64,000 nucleotides of DNA from Vicinamibacterales bacterium (GCA_048594975.1 JBMDXQ010000090.1:416102-480101), one strand, 5' to 3'; positions 25,852 to 34,417 are shown, counted from the stretch's first letter. Translations and numbers: made by a program. The notes: a model not told the origin generated them from the letters alone.

Positions 25852-27387
25852 ATGGAGGAGACGCACCCGCCGGCCGCGGCTCCCGGCGAATCCTTCGCGC
25901 GCCTGTTCGAAGCCGTTCACGAAGGCGTCTACATCGGCTGCCTCACCGCCTCGTCGAGCGTCACCATCGCCGCGAACCCGCACCTCAAGCTGATGTTCGG
26001 CTACGCGCCCGACATCCGGCAGGAGGACGTGCGCCCCTTCGACCCCGAGCGTTTCGTCGACGTGCAGGCGCGGGAAGGATTCCTCGATCGGCTGCGCCGC
26101 GACGGCTCAGTGAGGGATTACCTGCTGCAGCTGCGGCGGGCAGATTCGACGCCGGCCTGGATTGAGGTCACGGCGCACGCGGAGGCGGGCGGAGAGGGCC
26201 TCCGTCTCGAGGCGCTGATGCGTGACGTGAGCGAGCGCAAGCGCCTCGACGACCAGGCGCGCGATCTCTATTACCAGCTCCTGCAGGCGGAGAAGCTCGC
26301 CTCGCTCGGCCAGACGATTTCCGGTGTCGCGCACGAGCTCAACAACCCGCTCGCGACCATTCTGACATTGGCCGAGCGTCTGGCGCAGCAACCGGCCGAC
26401 GAGCGGACGCAGCGCGGGCTCGAGACGATTCTGCGCGAGTCGGAGCGCGCCGCGAAAATCGTGCGCAGCCTGCTGATGTTCGCGCGCAAGCGCCACACCA
26501 CGCGGGCCCTCGTCGACGTGAACCAGGTGGTCCGCGAGACGCTGGCGCTGCGCGCCTACGAACAGCGGCTCCACAACATCAGCGTCCTCGAGGCGCTGCC
26601 TTCCGGCCTGCCGCACGTGTTCGCCGATCCGCACCAGCTGCAGCAGGTGCTACTCAACCTGATCATCAACGCCGAGCAGGCGATGATCGCCGCCGCCGGG
26701 CGCGGCACGCTGATCCTGCGCACCTGGCACGATCCGGAGCGCGACGCCGTCGTCCTCGAGGTCAACGACGACGGGCCCGGTGTCCCGGACGACGTGCAGC
26801 CGCGGATCTTCGATCCGTTCTTCACGACGAAGGAAGTCGGCAAGGGCACCGGCCTGGGCCTGACGGTGGCCTACGCGATCGTGCAGGAGCACGGCGGCAG
26901 GCTGAGCGTGCGGTCGGAGCAGGACCGCGGCGCCTCGTTCTTCGTGGAGCTGCCGGCCGGCGCCGGACCGGTAAAGCCGCCCCTGCCGTGCGGACCGGAG
27001 ATCGCCACCGGGCAGATTGGTTCCGGAGCCACCGCGCTCGTCGTGGAGGACGAAGCGGCGCTGGGCGCTGCCGTCGCCGAGGCCCTCGGGGACGCCGGCT
27101 TTGCCGTCGATCGCGCCAGCGACGGTCTCGAAGCGCTCGAGCGCGTGCGCGGCGCGCGCTACGACGTGATCGTGTGCGACCTGAAGATGCCGCGGCTGGA
27201 CGGCGCGCAGTTCTACCGTGAGCTGGTGGGCATCGATTCCTCGATGGCGCGGCGGATCCTGTTCGTGACCGGCGACGTCGCCGGCACCGAGGCGGAACGC
27301 TTCCTCGAGGAGAGCGGGTGCCAGTGGCTGGCGAAGCCGTTTCGGCTGAAGGACCTGCTGCGCGTTGCGCGGGACCTGAGGTCGTAG
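25852..27387 (+). CDS. cytoplasmic hybrid sensor histidine kinase (PAS-HisKA-HATPase-REC)
   Basis: 511 aa; H-box SGVAHELNNPLATI; GTGLGLTVAY; C-terminal receiver ALVVEDE...DVIVCDLKMPRLDG; no TM segment. Confidence 0.9.
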   Translation: MEETHPPAAAPGESFARLFEAVHEGVYIGCLTASSSVTIAANPHLKLMFGYAPDIRQEDVRPFDPERFVDVQAREGFLDRLRRDGSVRDYLLQLRRADSTPAWIEVTAHAEAGGEGLRLEALMRDVSERKRLDDQARDLYYQLLQAEKLASLGQTISGVAHELNNPLATILTLAERLAQQPADERTQRGLETILRESERAAKIVRSLLMFARKRHTTRALVDVNQVVRETLALRAYEQRLHNISVLEALPSGLPHVFADPHQLQQVLLNLIINAEQAMIAAAGRGTLILRTWHDPERDAVVLEVNDDGPGVPDDVQPRIFDPFFTTKEVGKGTGLGLTVAYAIVQEHGGRLSVRSEQDRGASFFVELPAGAGPVKPPLPCGPEIATGQIGSGATALVVEDEAALGAAVAEALGDAGFAVDRASDGLEALERVRGARYDVIVCDLKMPRLDGAQFYRELVGIDSSMARRILFVTGDVAGTEAERFLEESGCQWLAKPFRLKDLLRVARDLRS

Positions 27388-27444
27388 AAGGGGCAGAGGC
27401 CGCCGAGTGGGGCCGGCAATCGGGGTTCACTCACAGGCCACTGA

Positions 27445-27473
27445 GGCCACGGAGTTGGTGCGACTCCGTGGCC
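27445..27473. terminator. 11-bp perfect hairpin between the convergent kinase and sigma genes, followed by a degenerate partial copy
   Basis: GGCCACGGAGT (27445-55), loop TGGTGCG, ACTCCGTGGCC (27463-73). The related GAGTTGGTACGACTCCGTGACC follows at 27486-27507. No U-tract. Confidence 0.45.
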
Positions 27474-27510
27474 TTCGGGGCCTCTGAGTTGGTACGACTC
27501 CGTGACCTCA

Positions 27511-28398
27511 TCACCGAGCGACGGCGGCGGCCATCGGCTCACTCTCGACCGTTAGCCGCTCGCGCCCCTGCGGCCTCTTGTAAGGCAGGACGACACCGCG
27601 TTGGCCGGGCACGCGGTTCCTGGCCATGCGCATCTTCCGGAGCGTCTTCTGGAACGCGACGATCCCGGGCACGAGCGCCGCCTCCGGAGTATCGGCGCCG
27701 AGCGCCTTGCGCAGCCGCTGGATCGCCCGCGCGTGCAGCTGCGAGACACGCGACTCATTCACGCCTATCTCCGCGCCGATCTGCTTCATCGTCGCTTCGC
27801 CGTAGTAGTAGAGGCCGATCACCTTGCGTTCGCGCGGCGGCAGCGAGCCGATGGCGGCGCGGATGCGGTCGCGCACCTCCTGGTTCTCGAGTTTCTTGTC
27901 CGGCGCCTCGGGTTCCGAGGGCACCATGACGGCGGGCAGCGACGTGAGCACGGGGTGGTCGCCGGCCGAGACCGGCGACGTGGACTCGATGGTGGTGATG
28001 CGCAGAATGGTGCGCCCGAGCCGCGCCTCGTCCGAACCAACGCGCGCCGCGAGGTCGGCGAGCGTGGGCTCGGCACCAAGTTCGCGCCGCAGGGATTCAC
28101 GCGCCGCCTCGATCTGGCGGCGCTGCCGCCGCACGCCGCGCGGCCACGCGTCCTTGCGCAGCGCGTCGATCATCGCGCCGCGGACCCGGCGTTCGGCAAA
28201 CGTCTCGAACTTGATGCCGCGTCCTTCGTCGAAGCGGCGGGCCGCGTCGATGAGTCCCAGCATTCCGTCCTGAACGAGATCGCCGAGCTCGATCGAGTGC
28301 GGCATGGACGCCGCCACCCGGCGGGCGAGCGATTCGACGAACGGCAGCCCGGCGGCAATGCGGGCGCGCTGGCGGCTGGCAAGGGCGTGGACTCGCAT
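27511..28398 (-). CDS. FliA/WhiG-type (sigma-28 family) RNA polymerase sigma factor with C-terminal extension
   Basis: 295 aa; region 2 DLVQDGMLGLIDAARRFD; region 4 ATMKQIGAEIGVNESRVSQLHARAIQRLR; about 60 extra basic residues follow. Confidence 0.85.
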   Translation of the reverse strand: MRVHALASRQRARIAAGLPFVESLARRVAASMPHSIELGDLVQDGMLGLIDAARRFDEGRGIKFETFAERRVRGAMIDALRKDAWPRGVRRQRRQIEAARESLRRELGAEPTLADLAARVGSDEARLGRTILRITTIESTSPVSAGDHPVLTSLPAVMVPSEPEAPDKKLENQEVRDRIRAAIGSLPPRERKVIGLYYYGEATMKQIGAEIGVNESRVSQLHARAIQRLRKALGADTPEAALVPGIVAFQKTLRKMRMARNRVPGQRGVVLPYKRPQGRERLTVESEPMAAAVAR

Positions 28399-28461
28399 GG
28401 ACTCGGCTCCTGTTGGCGCGACACCTTGGCGATGCGGGGCCGCGGACGGACGCGGCAGAGC

Positions 28462-28476
28462 GCAACCGGAATACCA
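28462..28476 (-). promoter_or_regulatory. candidate sigma-54 (-24/-12) promoter upstream of the FliA-type sigma gene
   Basis: Minus strand reads TGGTAT-TCCGG-TTGC with correct GG-N10-GC spacing (consensus TGGCAC-N5-TTGCW). The -12 element lies 64 nt upstream of ATG 28398. Palindrome GTCAAACACTTGAC (28610-28623) lies about 135 nt further upstream. Confidence 0.45.
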
Positions 28477-28639
28477 GAGCCGCGGCGAAGCAATGGCGAA
28501 TCCTGCGGTTACCTGTGTACGACCCGTAAGTGCTTATTGTTGATTGTGTTAGCAGCGTGCCGGCGTGTGAAGGGGCGGGAAATTCCGGGCGTTGGCGCTG
28601 CCGACATGCGTCAAACACTTGACTCCAGGCACGAGGCCG

Positions 28640-28885
28640 TCAAGAGATTGACTCTCTCCGTCCCCTGAGGCGCTGGCGCAGATCGCGCGTCGTCTTCAGC
28701 GCCTCGAGCACGCTCGTGACGACCTGACCCGCCCGCGCGCGCGTCGGCTCATCGCCGGTCTTCGTTTCGATCAGTTCCGCATTCGCGAGGATGATTCCGA
28801 GCTGGTTGTTCAGGCGATGGAACAGGAGGCCGAGCTCCGGGGGTTCGTCCACCGAAGTCGCCGCCGGCCGATCCGCGGCGGTCAT
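28640..28885 (-). CDS. 81-aa stand-alone DHp-like protein with histidine-kinase H-box-like motif
   Basis: ATG 28885 overlaps the upstream stop (ATGA). LGLLFHRLNNQLGIILANAELIE resembles a HisKA/HisKA_2 H-box helix. Second helix follows; no ATPase domain. Confidence 0.6.
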   Translation of the reverse strand: MTAADRPAATSVDEPPELGLLFHRLNNQLGIILANAELIETKTGDEPTRARAGQVVTSVLEALKTTRDLRQRLRGRRESIS

Positions 28886-29079
28886 GACGCTTCTTTGGTC
28901 AGCTCGGTCGATCGCGCCGGATCCCGCCACAACGTGTCGACGAAGATGCGCACCGAGCCGCCCGCGGTGCGGACGTACTCCACCTTGCCGCTCGCGATCC
29001 AGTTGTAGATGGTGCGCCGGCTGACGCCGACGAGTTCGCACGCCTTCATGATCGAGATGGTCTTGCGATCAATCATCAT
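28882..29079 (-). CDS. excisionase-family (HTH_17/MerR-like) helix-turn-helix DNA-binding protein
   Basis: 65 aa from ATG 29079 (or 29076): ISIMKACELVGVSRRTIYNWIASGKVEYVRTAGGSVRIF. Confidence 0.8.
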   Translation of the reverse strand: MMIDRKTISIMKACELVGVSRRTIYNWIASGKVEYVRTAGGSVRIFVDTLWRDPARSTELTKEAS

Positions 29080-29244
29080 CGCGTCCCCGGCGGCGCAGGT
29101 GCTGTCCCGGCCGCCCCTCTCAGTGGTCCGTCTTGCAGTTCGCCCGTGTGTATCGGAACAGCCGGTCCGGTGCTGTAGGGCCGAGCCGACGGATCGTTTG
29201 ACCTTCCGAACCACCGGGTGTCAAAATACCGCCCGCTCGACTAA

Positions 29245-30651
29245 ATGACTGAGAGTCAGAAACATCTGCTCCTCGTCGACGACGAAAGTGCGCTGCGGGA
29301 AGCGATCGCCGAGCGCCTCGGGGAGCACGGCTTCCTCGTCGAGCAGGCGGCAACCGGCGAGCAGGCAGTCGAGCGTCTTGCCGACTTCGCGTTCGACATC
29401 GTGGTCACCGATCTCAGGCTGCCGGGCCTCGATGGCCGCCAGGTGATCGAGGCGGCGCGCGACCGCTATCCCGACATCATCCCGATCGTCATCACCGGCT
29501 TTGGAACCGTGAAGGACGCGGTCGAAGCCATCAAGCAGGGTGCAGCCGACTTCATCACCAAGCCGTTCCAGTTCGACGCATTCCTGCACGTGCTGCAGTC
29601 GGCGCTGGAGCAGCGGCGGCTCAGGTCGGAGAACGCCTATCTGCGATCCCAGCTCGAGAACCGCTACCGCATCGACGGCCTCGTAGGGCGGAGCCGGGTG
29701 ATGCGCAACCTCTTCCAGCTGCTCGAGACCGTCGCCGCAACCTCGAGCACGGTGCTGATCACCGGCGAGACCGGGACGGGAAAAGAGCTCGCCGCGCGCG
29801 CGATCCATCACAACAGCGCGCGCCGGGCCCACCGTTTCGTGGCCATCAACTGCAGTGCCATCCCGGAGACGCTCCTCGAGGCCGAGCTCTTCGGCCACGT
29901 GCGTGGCGCGTTCACCGGTGCCGTCGGCTCGCGGCAGGGACGGCTCGAGCAGGCACACCGCGGCACGCTGTTCCTCGACGAGGTCGGGACGATGAGTCCC
30001 GCGCTGCAGGCCAAGCTCCTGCGCGTGCTGCAGGAGCGGGAGTTCGAGCGGGTGGGCGACTCGCACACCGTCAAGATCGACGTCCGCGTGATCGCCGCGA
30101 CGCATTCGGACCTCGCAAGGATGGTGGCGGACGGTACGTTCCGCGAGGACCTCTTCTACCGGCTCAACGTCATCCCGGTGCGGCTGCCGCCCCTGCGCGA
30201 ACGGCGCGAAGACATCCCGCTGCTCACCCAGCACTTCCTGCAACGGCTGGCCGCGGAAACCGGTCGCGACCCGGTCACGGTGTCGCAGGAAGCCATGCGC
30301 CGCCTGATGGCCCATGCCTGGCCGGGTAACGTCCGGCAGCTCGAGAACGCGATCGAACGATGCCTCGCGTTCAGCCACGGCCGGACGGTGATTGACGTCG
30401 GCGATCTCGCGCCCGAAATTCAGGAGCAGCCGGTCGACATCGAAGCAGACGGGGCGTGGTTCCCCGACGACGGCGTGGACTTCGAGCGCTACATCGAGGC
30501 GGTGGAGCTCTCGCTGATCAAGCACTCGCTCGAACGCACCCGGGGCAACAAGCGGCAGGCGGCGCGCCTGCTGAACTTGAAGCGGACGACCCTCATCGAA
30601 AAGCTGAAACGCCTCGAGCCGCGCGGAGAATCCTCGAAGGGGTCGGTCTAG
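29245..30651 (+). CDS. sigma-54-dependent response regulator (NtrC family: REC-AAA+-Fis HTH)
   Basis: 468 aa; REC LLLVDDE...VVTDLRLPGLDG; Walker A GETGTGKE; GAFTGA; C-terminal NKRQAARLLNLKRTTLIEKLKRL. Confidence 0.95.
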   Translation: MTESQKHLLLVDDESALREAIAERLGEHGFLVEQAATGEQAVERLADFAFDIVVTDLRLPGLDGRQVIEAARDRYPDIIPIVITGFGTVKDAVEAIKQGAADFITKPFQFDAFLHVLQSALEQRRLRSENAYLRSQLENRYRIDGLVGRSRVMRNLFQLLETVAATSSTVLITGETGTGKELAARAIHHNSARRAHRFVAINCSAIPETLLEAELFGHVRGAFTGAVGSRQGRLEQAHRGTLFLDEVGTMSPALQAKLLRVLQEREFERVGDSHTVKIDVRVIAATHSDLARMVADGTFREDLFYRLNVIPVRLPPLRERREDIPLLTQHFLQRLAAETGRDPVTVSQEAMRRLMAHAWPGNVRQLENAIERCLAFSHGRTVIDVGDLAPEIQEQPVDIEADGAWFPDDGVDFERYIEAVELSLIKHSLERTRGNKRQAARLLNLKRTTLIEKLKRLEPRGESSKGSV

Positions 30652-30655
30652 CCCG

Positions 30656-31327
30656 ATGCCGCCGCGCCACGCGTACTGGACGATCATCCTCGAAGGAAAG
30701 CCGACCGCGTTCAGATCACACCACCGCGACGAGCTGTTGCCGACGTTCAAGCAGCTCCAGGTGCGACACCCCGACGTCGTCATGAAGTGGTTCTCGCGCG
30801 GGCGGCTGTGGAGCTCGCCCGAGGAGGAGCACGCGGCGCTGGCGGCAGGGCGCCGGGCGCCGTCCGAGCATCGCGCCCGCGACTGGCGCCCAGGCGGCTC
30901 GCACCAGGATCCGCGCGCGCGTTTCAAGGTGCCGCGCGGCGAGAAGCGCCTTCGGTTTGCCAAACGGCTCGGGCGGCAGCAGCGCGAACCGCAGGGTGGC
31001 GCGGGTCAGCGCGGAGCGGGCGATCCGTCCGGCGGCGCCTGGCGGTCACGGCAGGAGAAACGCGGCGTCTCCCCGGGCGGCCGTCGTCCCGGCGGCCGCG
31101 GGCCTGATGCAGGCGGACCCCCCGGCCAGGGTGGCAGGGGCGGCTGGCCAGCACGCGATCGAGGGAGCCGGGACGCGGTGCCCAAGGAGCGCGAACAGGG
31201 TGGGCGCGGGCCCGTCAGGCCCGACACCCGCGGCTGGCGACGCGATCGTCGCACCGGCAGCCAGAAAGGTCCGCGCGGACGAGGGCCGGGCGGCGGCCGG
31301 CGCGGCGGGGGAGGGCGGGACCGGTGA
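30656..31327 (+). CDS. hypothetical protein: about 90-aa folded N-terminal domain plus about 130-aa Arg/Gly-rich disordered tail
   Basis: 223-aa ORF starting 5 nt after the activator gene. Its stop overlaps the Dabb GTG (GTGA), which argues the whole frame is translated. N-terminus YWTIILEGKPTAFRSHHRDELLPTFKQLQ; tail GGRGGWPARDRG...GRGPGGGRRGGGGRDR. Confidence 0.55.
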   Translation: MPPRHAYWTIILEGKPTAFRSHHRDELLPTFKQLQVRHPDVVMKWFSRGRLWSSPEEEHAALAAGRRAPSEHRARDWRPGGSHQDPRARFKVPRGEKRLRFAKRLGRQQREPQGGAGQRGAGDPSGGAWRSRQEKRGVSPGGRRPGGRGPDAGGPPGQGGRGGWPARDRGSRDAVPKEREQGGRGPVRPDTRGWRRDRRTGSQKGPRGRGPGGGRRGGGGRDR

Positions 31328-31671
31328 TCGCGCACGTCGTGTTGTTCGAACCGAGGCCCGGGCTAACCCGTGCAGAGCGCCAGCAGATCGTCGATGGACT
31401 TCGTGCCGCTGCGCGCCACGTTCCGGCGATACGCCGGCTGCGCGTCGGGCGCCGCGTGCGCCACGGCCTTCCCGGCTACGAGCAGGCCATGGGCGACGAC
31501 TACTCGTGTGCCGCCATCATCGAATTCGAAACGACGCAGGCGCTGATCGAGTATCTCGCACATCCCGCGCACGAGGCGATCGGCCGCCACTTCACCGAAT
31601 CGAGCGTCCGCGCGCTGGCCTACGACTACCAGCTCGTCGAAGCGGACGACGCCGGCGCGCTTCTCGACTAG
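31324..31671 (+). CDS. Dabb family (stress-responsive dimeric alpha/beta barrel) protein
   Basis: 115 aa; IAHVVLFEPRPGL...AAIIEFETTQALIEYLAHPAH. Confidence 0.8.
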   Translation: MIAHVVLFEPRPGLTRAERQQIVDGLRAAARHVPAIRRLRVGRRVRHGLPGYEQAMGDDYSCAAIIEFETTQALIEYLAHPAHEAIGRHFTESSVRALAYDYQLVEADDAGALLD

Positions 31672-31720
31672 GCGCCCACCGTTTCACCATCACACCGGCG
31701 CAGAGATCGCGGAGGACGTG

Positions 31721-32788
31721 CTACGAGACCAGCGCGCCCTGGGCGCGTTCGGGGACGAAGAAGAACTCTTCTATGAGCTCCCGGAGGCGGGAGATCGAGT
31801 CGGCGGAGTTCACCGCCACGCGCAGGTGCGATCCGTTCTCGATGCCCTTCGTGTACCAGGCGTTCAGTGCGCGAAGCTTGTTGATCACCCAGCGCTCGCG
31901 GCCGCGCGCCGGCGCGTGCGTCGCCGACTCGACAGGCGGGCCCGGCGCGACGTGCCGGAAGCCCTCCGCTTCGTCGACGCGCTCGTTCAGCAGCAGCTCG
32001 ATGTACTCGAGGAGGAACCGGCCGCGATCTTCGAGCGACACGACGGGCGGCTCACGCCCGTCCGCCAGGGCCGCCGCCTGCTCGAAGATCCACGGATTGC
32101 GCAAGGCGCCGCGGCCCACGAGGACGCCCGCGACGGCTGAATCGGCGAGCCGGTCCACGACCTGCTGCGGGTCGACGCAATCGCCGCTGCCCAGCACGGG
32201 AATCTTCACCCCTGCCGCAACCCGCGCGATCAGGTCCCAGTCGGAGGCGCCGGAATACGACTGCGCGGCGGTCCGGCCGTGCACCGCAAGGGCGGCGGCA
32301 CCTGCGTCCTCCATCCGCCGCGCGAGCGCGGGAGCGTTGATCTCGTTCGCATCCCATCCCGCGCGCATCTTCACCGTCACCGGGATGCGCACGGCGCGCG
32401 CCATCGCGCGCACGATCTCGGCCGCGTGCTCCGGCTCGCGCATCAGACTGCAGCCCGCGTTGTGCTTGGCGATCTTCGGCACCGGACAGCCCATGTTGAC
32501 ATCCACCACGTCGGCACCCATGCCCTCGACGATCTGCGCGGCCGCCGCCATCTTCTCCGGGTCGCCGCCGAAGATCTGGATTGAGACCGGACGCTCCTCC
32601 TCGGTGTACTCGGCGTACTCGAGGGTCCGGTCGATGCCGCGCACGAGCCCCTCGGAGCTCACCATCTCGGTGACGACAAGCCCGCACCCGCCCTTTCGCT
32701 TCACCAGCCGGCGAAACGCGGTGTCCGTCATACCCGCCATCGGGGCGAGCGCAAACGGCGGCGAGAACGTCACGGAACCGATCGTCAT
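31721..32788 (-). CDS. dusB: tRNA-dihydrouridine synthase
   Basis: 355 aa; LAPMAGMTDTAFRRL, DVNMGCP, TVKMRAGWD. Confidence 0.9.
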   Translation of the reverse strand: MTIGSVTFSPPFALAPMAGMTDTAFRRLVKRKGGCGLVVTEMVSSEGLVRGIDRTLEYAEYTEEERPVSIQIFGGDPEKMAAAAQIVEGMGADVVDVNMGCPVPKIAKHNAGCSLMREPEHAAEIVRAMARAVRIPVTVKMRAGWDANEINAPALARRMEDAGAAALAVHGRTAAQSYSGASDWDLIARVAAGVKIPVLGSGDCVDPQQVVDRLADSAVAGVLVGRGALRNPWIFEQAAALADGREPPVVSLEDRGRFLLEYIELLLNERVDEAEGFRHVAPGPPVESATHAPARGRERWVINKLRALNAWYTKGIENGSHLRVAVNSADSISRLRELIEEFFFVPERAQGALVS

Positions 32789-32824
32789 GTCAGGAGTACG
32801 TCGGCCGGGACCTCGGTCCCGGCA

Positions 32825-33334
32825 TCAATACGGCTTCACGTCCGCCGCGTCCACTTCGACGCTGACCGCCTGTCCGATGAGGTCCACGGCGAGCATCAGG
32901 CGGGCGCGGGCGCCTTTGCGAATCAGGCGGCCGATGACGCCTCTGAGCGGCCCGTGCACGACCTCGACCATCATCCCCTCGCGGATCATGGGGCACGGGT
33001 CGTACTGGAGGTCGCTCTCCACGAGCTGCCGGATGCCCGCGATTTCGTAGTCCGGTATCGGCACGATCTCGCCGTGGAACGAGACGATACTGACCACGCC
33101 GGTGCACGTGAGGATCGCCAGCCGTTCGCGCGTGTCGAAGTGCGCGAAGCAGTAGCCCGGGAAGAGCGGCCAGTCGATCTTCTTCTTCCGGTCCTTCCAG
33201 CGGCTCCAGCGGGTGATCGTCGGGAGAAACGCCTCGACCCCCTTGCGCTCCAGCTGCTCGCGGACGACCTGCTCGTGCCGGGACCGCGTCCAGATGGCGT
33301 ACCAGGCAGGTGACGCCGGCATCTCGATAGGCAT
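32825..33334 (-). CDS. NusG paralog (RfaH/UpxY-like transcription antiterminator, NGN + KOW)
   Basis: 169 aa; WYAIWTRSRHEQVVREQL...PLFPGYCFAHF NGN domain; KOW GMMVEVVHGPLRGVIGRL. Starts 3 nt after the surA-like stop. Confidence 0.8.
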   Translation of the reverse strand: MPIEMPASPAWYAIWTRSRHEQVVREQLERKGVEAFLPTITRWSRWKDRKKKIDWPLFPGYCFAHFDTRERLAILTCTGVVSIVSFHGEIVPIPDYEIAGIRQLVESDLQYDPCPMIREGMMVEVVHGPLRGVIGRLIRKGARARLMLAVDLIGQAVSVEVDAADVKPY

Positions 33335-33337
33335 CGG

Positions 33338-34417
33338 CTACTGGGCGCCTGCCGCTCCCTTCGCTTCGGCGGCGATTTGCGCCTCGTAGGCCTTCTTCAG
33401 CTCGTCGTTCTTCCACTCGATCAGCGCCTGGCCGCGGACGCGCGACATGAACTTGCGGAACTCGGTCTGCTGCCGCGCGTTGTGCACCTTCTCGGCGGTC
33501 TGGTCGCGGACCGCCTCGAACGGCGGGATCTCCGCGGGCTTCATCGCCTCGAGCTTGAGAATCTGATAGCCGCGCTGCGTCCGGATCGGCTGGCTCACCT
33601 CGCCCGGCTTCATCTTCGAGAACAGCTCCTGCAGCGCGGTCGAGAGCTGATCCAGCGCGAGCGGACCGATCAGACCGCCGTTCGCCTTTGACGACGAGTC
33701 GGAGACTTCGGCGGCGACCTTCCCGAAGTCCTCGCCCGCCGCGATGCGCGCGCGTACCGTCTTCGCTTTCTCCGCTGCATCGTCGTCAGCCGCGACGCTC
33801 ACCGCCGGCTGGCCCTTCGCGTCCTTCGCCGCCGGCACCTCGATCAGGATCTCGCGCACGGTCACGGATGCCGGCTGCGCGAACTCCTGCCTGTGCGCGA
33901 GGTAATACTGGCGCGCTTCCTCTTCGGTGATCTGCAGCTTGCTGCCGATCTCGTCGCGCTGCACCTGGCTGATGATGAAGTTGCGGTCGACGTTGCGGCG
34001 CAGGTCCTCGATGACCATCCCTTCCTGCTTGAGCGCCGCCTGGAACTTGGCGTCGTCCTGGAGGTTCTGCTCCTCGCGGAGCTTCAGCAGCCAGGTCTTG
34101 AACTGCTCGTCCGACAGCTTGTAGCCCTTCTCCTTGCCCATCTGGAAGAGCAGCAGCTCGTCGATGGCATCGACGATCAGTACGGGCGTCACCTCGGCGA
34201 GCGCCTGCTTCAACCGCTGCTCGTCCTTGAGCAGCGCCGGATCGATCTGACCGTTCATCTTCTGTCGAAGCGCGGCGATCTGGCGCTGTTCGAGCTCGGT
34301 CTTCGTGATGATGTCGCCGTTGACCTTCACGAGCACCTGCTCGATGACCTCGGCGGAAGGGCCGGCGACCGGCGCGAGCAGCGGGGCGAGGAGCGCGAGG
34401 CGGAGAACGGTCTTCAT
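33338..34417 (-). CDS. periplasmic peptidyl-prolyl isomerase/chaperone, SurA-like
   Basis: 359 aa; signal peptide; SurA N-terminal-type helical region and a parvulin-like block. Confidence 0.8.
   Translation of the reverse strand: MKTVLRLALLAPLLAPVAGPSAEVIEQVLVKVNGDIITKTELEQRQIAALRQKMNGQIDPALLKDEQRLKQALAEVTPVLIVDAIDELLLFQMGKEKGYKLSDEQFKTWLLKLREEQNLQDDAKFQAALKQEGMVIEDLRRNVDRNFIISQVQRDEIGSKLQITEEEARQYYLAHRQEFAQPASVTVREILIEVPAAKDAKGQPAVSVAADDDAAEKAKTVRARIAAGEDFGKVAAEVSDSSSKANGGLIGPLALDQLSTALQELFSKMKPGEVSQPIRTQRGYQILKLEAMKPAEIPPFEAVRDQTAEKVHNARQQTEFRKFMSRVRGQALIEWKNDELKKAYEAQIAAEAKGAAGAQ

Noticed and set aside
28882-29079. Excisionase-family protein as a sign of a prophage or integrative element.
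   Set aside because: There is no integrase, recombinase, att-like repeats, tRNA target or phage genes nearby. HTH_17 proteins are often plain regulators, and this one is coupled to a signalling-type mini protein.
29198-29227. TTGACC-N17-TCAAAA as a sigma-70 promoter for the activator gene, and TATAAT/TATACT words at 21466-21473 in the fabZ/phosphatase divergent spacer.
   Set aside because: They are single weak hexamer matches with poor partner elements and very short leaders. The evidence is too weak to list as features.
30957-33050. 697-aa plus-strand ORF covering the Dabb, dusB and nusG-like region.
   Set aside because: It is antisense to dusB and the NusG paralog, both of which have clear family motifs. 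Its translation is Ala/Arg/Ser-rich noise.
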